Made by a program: the position numbers and the translations under genes. The notes under the pieces are model-generated. The model did no database searches. It was not told where the DNA came from and was given only the letters and a program-made list of their open reading frames with translations. A DNA stretch of 35,651 nt from Spizellomyces punctatus DAOM BR117. Its lineage: Eukaryota. The stretch lies in NCBI GenBank assembly GCA_000182565.2, contig KQ257459.1; one strand, 5' to 3'. Each line of letters begins with the position of its first letter. Within the stretch, counting starts at the first letter, position 1. Shown one piece after another: positions 34,866 through 35,651 of this stretch.

Positions 34866-34886
34866 AATTTTTGTACGTGTAGAAAC

Positions 34887-35268
34887 TGTTGGGGAAAGTC
34901 GAGAAATAGGTGTTATCCTAGGACTAGACTGGGTGCACCTGAGAGGTGGATAGCTCGGTTAGAAGCTAGTCCGTCACTGGAGAACGTCTCTGGGGACCTT
35001 GCGTCAAGAGAGCAGCGAAAGAGTTGTATTACAAACAGAGAAAGGCAGGTCCTAAATATGGTACAGGTCACATGATGACAACCTGATTTTGACCTCTAAT
35101 TTTGGGCGCATAAGACAACTAACTAAGAATGTGTTTTGACAAGCTTGTAGCGCGGATTCAGGGCTTTCTACAACCATCTTGGTCTTGTCGATAAGTTAAT
35201 AACTCGCTAAGTTATTCAAGTTACCGTCCCATGGCAACTTCGATGAAATCAATCAATTAATTCCAACA
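34887..35268 (-). mobile_element. 3' LTR (382 bp) of a Ty1/copia retrotransposon
   Basis: Ends TGTTGG...CCAACA. On the minus strand it is directly preceded by the polypurine tract GGGTGAGGGGAAG (35281-35269), downstream of the RNase H ORF. Confidence 0.92.
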
Positions 35269-35304
35269 CTTCCCCTCACCCAAAATTCCCTTTTACTTAA
35301 GATC

Positions 35305-35651
35305 TCATGTTTGGGCATCGTCCAGTTCTTTAATGCCAAGTTCAGCACAACACTGGGTGAATCTCGGTGCAGGGATGGCCTTGGTAAGAACATCTGCAGT
35401 CATCTGTTGAGTGGGGCATCTTCTAACTGAAATCTCACCACTCTGGATGTGTTCCCTGAGGAAATGATAGTGTATATCGATATGCTTCGTCCGCTGTGAG
35501 ATCAGGGTGTACTTCGCCAGTTCCATCGTGCCGTTGTTATCCATTTTGAGCACAGTTGGGTTTTGTTGAACTTCCAAAAACCCAAGCTTTGCCAAGAGGT
35601 TTCTCATCCAAATAACCTCTCGTGCACAATCTGATGCCGCAATATACTCTG
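35305..35651 (-). CDS. Ty1/copia pol, C-terminal RNase H domain (partial)
   Basis: EYIAASDCAREVIWMRNLL..DN..RTKHIDIHYHFLRE..QMTADVLTKA, which are canonical copia RNase H motifs. Confidence 0.96.
   Translation of the reverse strand, partial: EYIAASDCAREVIWMRNLLAKLGFLEVQQNPTVLKMDNNGTMELAKYTLISQRTKHIDIHYHFLREHIQSGEISVRRCPTQQMTADVLTKAIPAPRFTQCCAELGIKELDDAQT

Overview
Intron-rich eukaryotic DNA, almost certainly fungal. Short GT-AG introns, neutral trehalase, a GPI-type chitin deacetylase and a CUB/EGF/LRR receptor suggest an early-diverging, probably chytrid-like, fungus (inference). The first ~28 kb is gene-dense. It holds the 5' end of an ABCC transporter, neutral trehalase, a small PY-motif protein, a WD40/coiled-coil gene with an exact 138-bp tandem duplication of its first exon, and a large CUB-EGF-LRR-IPT-multipass receptor. 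It also holds a trypsin-like protease, a MYND-finger protein, a stand-alone PARP-type zinc finger, two multipass membrane proteins and a chitin deacetylase. The last ~7.5 kb is accessory. Three copies of a ~45-55-bp motif (core AAGTGTTCAGAWTTGAAA), each next to short TTAGGG/CCCTAA tracts, divide it into ~3.2-kb modules. One module carries a decayed C2H2/RING gene. The other carries an intact intronless ferric/cupric reductase bracketed by inverted telomere-type repeats. Two related Ty1/copia LTRs sit in inverted orientation beside the outer motif copies. Exon boundaries were read by eye and no database searches were run.
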